This document shows, in pieces, positions 59,301-64,000 of a stretch of 64,000 bases of DNA. How positions within the stretch are numbered: the first letter of the stretch is position 1; the number at the start of each line of letters is the position of its first letter. The translations under genes and the position numbers were made by a program. The notes under the pieces were generated by a model. The model was not told the origin of the DNA and did no database searches. It was given only the letters and a program-made list of their open reading frames with translations. The DNA is from Anolis carolinensis (taxonomy: Eukaryota), in assembly GCF_035594765.1 (NCBI RefSeq), contig NC_085844.1, positions 175,848,107-175,912,106 of the forward strand, given 5' to 3'.

Positions 59301-62300
59301 AGTACCATCATAGACTGCATCTACACTGTAAAATTCATGCAGCTTGACGCCACTTTAACGGCCATAGCTCAGTGCTCTTTAATCCTGGAATTTGAAGTTT
59401 AGTTATGCACCAGTACTCATTGATTCCATACTATTAAAGTGTGTGTCAAACTGCATTAATTCTACAGTGTAGATGCACCTTGTTTTAATATAGCTATTGT
59501 TTCTAGCTTCATACCAGAAAAAAGAAATTTGTACTAAGGTATGTGTTGCAGAAAACCTTTTCCCTCAGTTGCATTTCTTTCTTTGTTTGTTTGTTTTAGT
59601 AAACTCCCTCTTCTTGACACAGTAGCTGGCCTCCTGGATTTGTCTCTTTTGTACCACAGCTGGCTCTGTGGCCTGTTTCTTCTGATGACGTGGTACCTTG
59701 CCTGGATGCTTTTCAGAATCTTTGCCACCGAGGTTGGTGCCAAACATCATATGCTGGCCTTCCCCCACCCAACATCCTTTGGATGTATTCGATTAAGGCT
59801 CCTTAAACTATTTCCACTCGTGACCCCTTAATTTTTTTACGTGACCCAAAGTATGTATGTGTAGGAAACAGGTATATAAATCAAACATTGACTGATGATA
59901 AATCAGAATTTGCAAGACTTGCTAAATAGGCTGATTTTCCTTTTTGAAGCATTTTCTGCAAAGTCCACCGTAAACACCACATATTGGTGCTAACAGGTTT
60001 GTGTAAATGGGTGGCATTCAGAAACCTTTTACAGTTGCCAAATATTTTGCGACACCAACATTGAACTAAAGCACATGTGTCAAACTCAAGGCTCACGGGC
60101 CAAATCTGGCCCTCCGTGTCATTTTGTGTGAACCTCCAGATACTGGGCTACAACTCCTGTATTACTCATCATTAGACATCATGACTAGAGCTGATGGGAG
60201 TTGTGATACAGTAACATTTGGACAGCTGCAGTTTGTTCTGTTTAGTCAGGAGAGTGAGGTTTGGATTTACATACAAGGCTTGTGGATACGGTGTCTGATG
60301 TTGAAATGTCCTTTGACCTTTCCCTAATTTCAGAGCCACAAATGCTGTTGGGTTACAATTCCCATTGTCCCCTGTCTGAATGGCAGATAGTAAAAAGTGA
60401 CAGGGGTTGTTATTCAATAACATCTGGGGACACAAATTGGGTAAAAACTAAAGAGCACCAACTACTATGTAAAAACATTACAGTTGGTCCTTTGTATCTG
60501 TGGATTCTCCATCCATGGATTCAGCAACCTTTTGAAGGCAACCCTAAGGCTGACGTGGCCCTCAGTGAAAATGAGTTTGATACCCCAAACTAAAGAGACC
60601 CCATTTGAGGTCAGGATTCAGTTTAAAACTACTAATACATTTATCCTTTGGAGGGTGCCAGCTTGGGGGAAAGTGTGTCCAGTGCTGTGTGGTTGCAGGG
60701 TCTCTGCTGCCATTGTAGCCTTTGTCATTAGAAGAACATGGAAACTGTCTTCTCTTATTAAAATGCAGCAGAAAATGTTGCGCTAAGGTTCATCTGTTTC
60801 CCATTGAAGAGTTTATCCTTCCTTTCTGTCGGGGTTGGCTGGCTGGTTGCCTATCATCTTGGTTGCAAATGGTGGTTGATGTGATTATACTTTAATGTTA
60901 ATGAATGAAGGTGGTCCCTTATGCTTGCTGCAGCTCCAGTGTGTGTGTATGTTTCTTTTTTAGGCCCATCATTTTCCTGTCCAGGCAACTTTTGTTGAAG
61001 AAGCAGACCAGTGTTTACCTAAAATCCTAAACAGCAACCCTCCCTCTCTTTTAAAGGTATGAATGCAGCATGATGCCTAGAATATCAGTCTGTATGTTTT
61101 TTGCATAGTCTTTGTAATAGAAGTTATGCAAGAATGTTTATAAAAGTTTGAATGTCACACTATAGTTAATACCGTTCATATGGGAGGCTCACAACCTAGG
61201 ATTTGGCTGGTGTTTCACACCAGTATGGAAACTTGATCTTTCTTCACCTGTGTAGCTTCTCCACATTTTCCCTTCTCATTTCCACTCTTCCTGCCCTCCT
61301 CCCTTTTTCTCAAGTTACTTTGAATGGTTTTCCCTTCATTTCCTAGATCTGATGTTTTTACTCCATCCTTACTTAGAGTGATAAAATCTTCATACTTTAT
61401 CTCTATGCTACATCTATAGCAGCTCATTCATATGTTATGGGCAATCCTTCATCACAATGTTTTGGTGGATTCCAACATCTATATATATAAAAGAGTGATG
61501 GCATCACGGCAATTCACAAAACAACAAAAGTACAGGCCCCCCAACCTCAAAATTTGACAACACAACCCATCATCCACGCCTCAAGGTTGATACAACAAAA
61601 AGAAAAGAAAAATAAAGTCCTAATTAGAGGGAGAGCAATAATTTTTTTTATCCAATTGCTGCCAGTTTAGAGGGCTAATCTCTGCCCACTTGGTTGCCTA
61701 GCAACCAAGGGACAGCCAGGTTTCAGTTAGGGGACAGGCCGATTTAGGCCTCACTTAGACTTCTTCCACAGATTATCTAATTTGCACTGGATTATATGGC
61801 AGTGTAGACTCAAGGCCCTTCAACACAGCTATATAACCCATTTATAATCTTATATTATCTGCTTTGCACTGGATTATCTTGACTCCGCACTACCATATAA
61901 TCCACTTCAGTGTGCATTTTATACAGCTGTGAAGAAGGGGCCTCAGATAATCCAGTTCTGAGCAGATAATATAAGATTAGAAATATACAGTAGAGTCTCA
62001 CTTATCCAACATAAACAGGCCGGCAGGATAAGTGAATATGTTGGATAATAAGAAGGGATTCAGGAAAAGCCAATTAAACATCAAATTAGGTAATCGTTAT
62101 ACAAATTAAGCACCAAAACATATTATACAACAAATTTGACAGAAAAAGTAGTTCCATACGCAGTAATGCTATGTAGTATTTACAGTAGAGTCTCACTTAT
62201 CCAACACTCGCTTATCCAACGTTCTGGATTATCCAACGCATTTTTGTAGTCAATGCTTTCAATATATCGTGATATTTTGGTGCTAAATTCATAAATACAG

Positions 62301-63992
62301 TAATTACTATATAGCATTACTGTGTACTGAACTACTTTTTCTGACAAATTTGTTGTCTAACATGATGTTTTGGTGCTTAATTTGTAAAATCATAACTTAA
62401 TTTGATGTTTAATAGGCTTATCCTTAATTCCTCATTATCCAACATATTCGCTTATCCAACGTTCTGCCGGCCCGTTTATGTTGGATAAGTGAGACTCTAC
62501 TGTACTGTATTTACAAATTTACCACTAAAATATCACAATGAATTTAAAACACTGACTACAAAAACATTGATTATGAAAAGGCAGACTGCGTTGGATAATC
62601 CAGAACATTGTATAAGCGAATGTTGGATAAGTGAGATTCTTCTTTAATATGAAATAATTACTGGGATAGAATAATGCAGAACAATATAATCTCTAAAACC
62701 AGGACCGTAAATAAACAGGGGAATTCCACACAGGAAACAATCAGGGCCAGCTAACACCTCCCAACAAAGTATTCCCATCATCAAAATCTGGCAAATCCTG
62801 TTTTCTCAGGGCCACAGACAGTAGAAGCACATAAAATATCGCAAACAACATCACTCTGAAAACAAGGGTATTCCAGACAGGAAACAATCAGGGCCAGCTA
62901 ACACCTCCCAACAAAAAATTCACTCAGGGAGGAAACAGCCAGGCTTTAAAGCTGCAAGGCCATTACATCCTAATTATTTTTCCTAATTGCAGCATTCATA
63001 CTTGCCTCCAATAAACAAAAAAAAAACAATCAGAAATATTGTATATTCACAACCTTTAGGAAATAATATCCCCTGATGGCGCAGCGTGTTAAAGCGCTGA
63101 GCTGCTGAATTTCTGGACTAAAAGGCCACAGGTTTGAATTGGGGGAGCGGAGAGAGCCCCCACTTAACAGCTTCTGCCAAACAGAAGCTCCAGCTTCTGC
63201 CAAACTAGAAGTTCGAAAACATGCAAATGTGAGTGCATCAATAGGTACTGCTCTGGCGGGATGGTAACGCCGCTCCATGTAGTCATCCCACATGACCTTG
63301 GAGGAGTCTACGGACAACGCCGGCTCTTCGGCTTAGAAATGGAGATGAGCACCAACCTCCAGAGTAAGACACGACTGGACTTAATGTCTGGGGAAAACCT
63401 TTACCCTTGACCTTAACTACTACCAATTCCTCAATACTTTATTCCACATACCACCATGCTTCGCCACAGCAACGCGTGGCCGGGCACAGCTAGTAAATTT
63501 ATATAAATCTAATTATCTAAATTTGTTTAGATTTGGTTGAGTAATTAAAATAGCTATATCTTTGAGAGTATCGGTTGTGGTGCCTAATGACAATTCTAGT
63601 GATAGAGTTGTGAATTGTTTCCCACATAGTTGGAGGGACTTCTTTCTATATTTTTAATGTACCTGGTTAAAAAATGAAAGAATTATAATTGTTTCCTTAA
63701 ATGGGCAAATGCAGAGGCAATATGGTTTGCATTCTTTTCTGCCCATCGGTACTATGTTTTACATGAGAACATAATGAAATGGCATAAATTATTTTAATAA
63801 TGGTGTTAAATATTATGTCTAGCTACATCTAGTAGCAAAACTCTGGAAATCAGAATAGAAATGTGGTCAACTCGATCTAATTTAATACTTGCCAATGTTT
63901 TCCTCTGCAGTTCTTGGCTTTACAGGACCTGATGTTTCTCTCCCAGTATTCCTCTGTGCGCCGTCAAGAGGTCTTCAGTCTTAGCCAACCAG
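50320..63992 (+). CDS. NDC1: Nucleoporin NDC1 (TMEM48), 5' part; join(50320..50349,51848..51968,53778..53879,55461..55635,57144..57282,57985..58093,58974..59025,59600..59732,60964..61056,63911..63992), continues beyond window
   Basis: [18 protein letters not shown]...HPIQW; [20 protein letters not shown]; CLNEYHLFL...[21 protein letters not shown]; [20 protein letters not shown]; [25 protein letters not shown]. The first coding exon ([10 protein letters not shown], 30 nt, phase 0) is the least certain. Confidence 0.93.
50637..51268 (+). mobile_element. Tandem Penelope pseudo-LTR copies
   Basis: Two head-to-tail copies of the pLTR (CCAGCTAACACCTCCCAACAAAGGATTCCC...AGACCTCACAACCTCTGAGGATGCC), typical of partial-tandem Penelope insertions. 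Confidence 0.8.
50847..50887 (+). ncRNA. Minimal type I hammerhead ribozyme motif of a Penelope pLTR
   Basis: CCT-CTGAGGA-T-GCCTGC(CATAGGT)GTGGGC-GAAAC-GTC-AGG: CUGANGA 50850-50856, stem II, GAAA 50877-50880, palindromic ACGT stem III, GUC triplet 50882-50884, stem I CCT/AGG. Confidence 0.7.
52260..53181 (-). mobile_element. L2-clade LINE 3' fragment with open RT C-terminal ORF (52425..53180)
   Basis: [11 protein letters not shown]...[18 protein letters not shown]...[11 protein letters not shown]...LHWLPI...; (TAAA)n tail at 52260-52285. Confidence 0.92.
54114..55256 (-). mobile_element. Solo LTR (1143 bp) of an LTR retrotransposon in NDC1 intron
   Basis: TGT...ACA termini, 5-bp TSD CTCAG (54109-54113 / 55257-55261), minus-strand AATAAA ~40 nt from the 54114 end. 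Confidence 0.82.
61478..63493 (+). mobile_element. Non-autonomous Helitron (2016 bp) with both termini and captured TE fragments
   Basis: Inserted between A (61477) and T (63494); 5' TCTATATATATAAAA; 3' hairpin GCCAC-AGCAACGC-GTGGC followed by CGGGCACAG-CTAG; no TSD; carries Harbinger and Tc1 MITE pieces, Penelope pLTR pieces and a Sauria SINE. Confidence 0.88.
63071..63405 (+). mobile_element. Sauria SINE (inside the Helitron)
   Basis: tRNA-like head CCCTGATGGCGCAGCGTGTTAAAGCGCTGAGCTGCTGA, body GTGAGTGCATCAATAGGTACTGCT...GGCTTAGAAATGGAGATGAGCACCAAC, tail AACCTTTACC. Confidence 0.85.
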
Positions 63993-64000
63993 GTATTTAG

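Noticed and set aside
63071-63150. tRNA gene
   Set aside because: It is the tRNA-derived head of a Sauria SINE, continuous with the SINE body and without a full cloverleaf.

Overview
Eukaryotic (vertebrate) genomic DNA, not prokaryotic. The repeat content (Sauria SINE, Penelope, L2/CR1 LINEs, Helitron, hAT/Tc1/Harbinger MITEs) points to a squamate reptile, most likely an Anolis lizard (inference). The window holds a conserved syntenic block: the last exon of LDLRAD1 (+), complete coding exons of LRRC42 (-), HSPB11/IFT25 (+), the selenoprotein DIO1 (-, with an in-frame UGA and a clear 3'UTR SECIS) and YIPF1 (-), and the first 10 coding exons of NDC1 (+). All exon boundaries were read by hand, with GT-AG junctions and consistent phase. 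The most unusual non-genic structures are: (i) a 2.9-kb non-autonomous hAT element with an 8-bp TSD, carrying about 11 tandem copies of a 116-bp GC-rich unit that is itself a near-complete hairpin; (ii) a 2.0-kb non-autonomous Helitron sharing a ~690-bp Sauria SINE/Penelope cargo with that hAT element; (iii) Penelope pseudo-LTRs with minimal hammerhead ribozyme motifs (one with an intact core), plus a nested foldback built from them. Also noted: an RFX X-box at the IFT25 promoter, and YIPF1 apparently inverted relative to the human arrangement.
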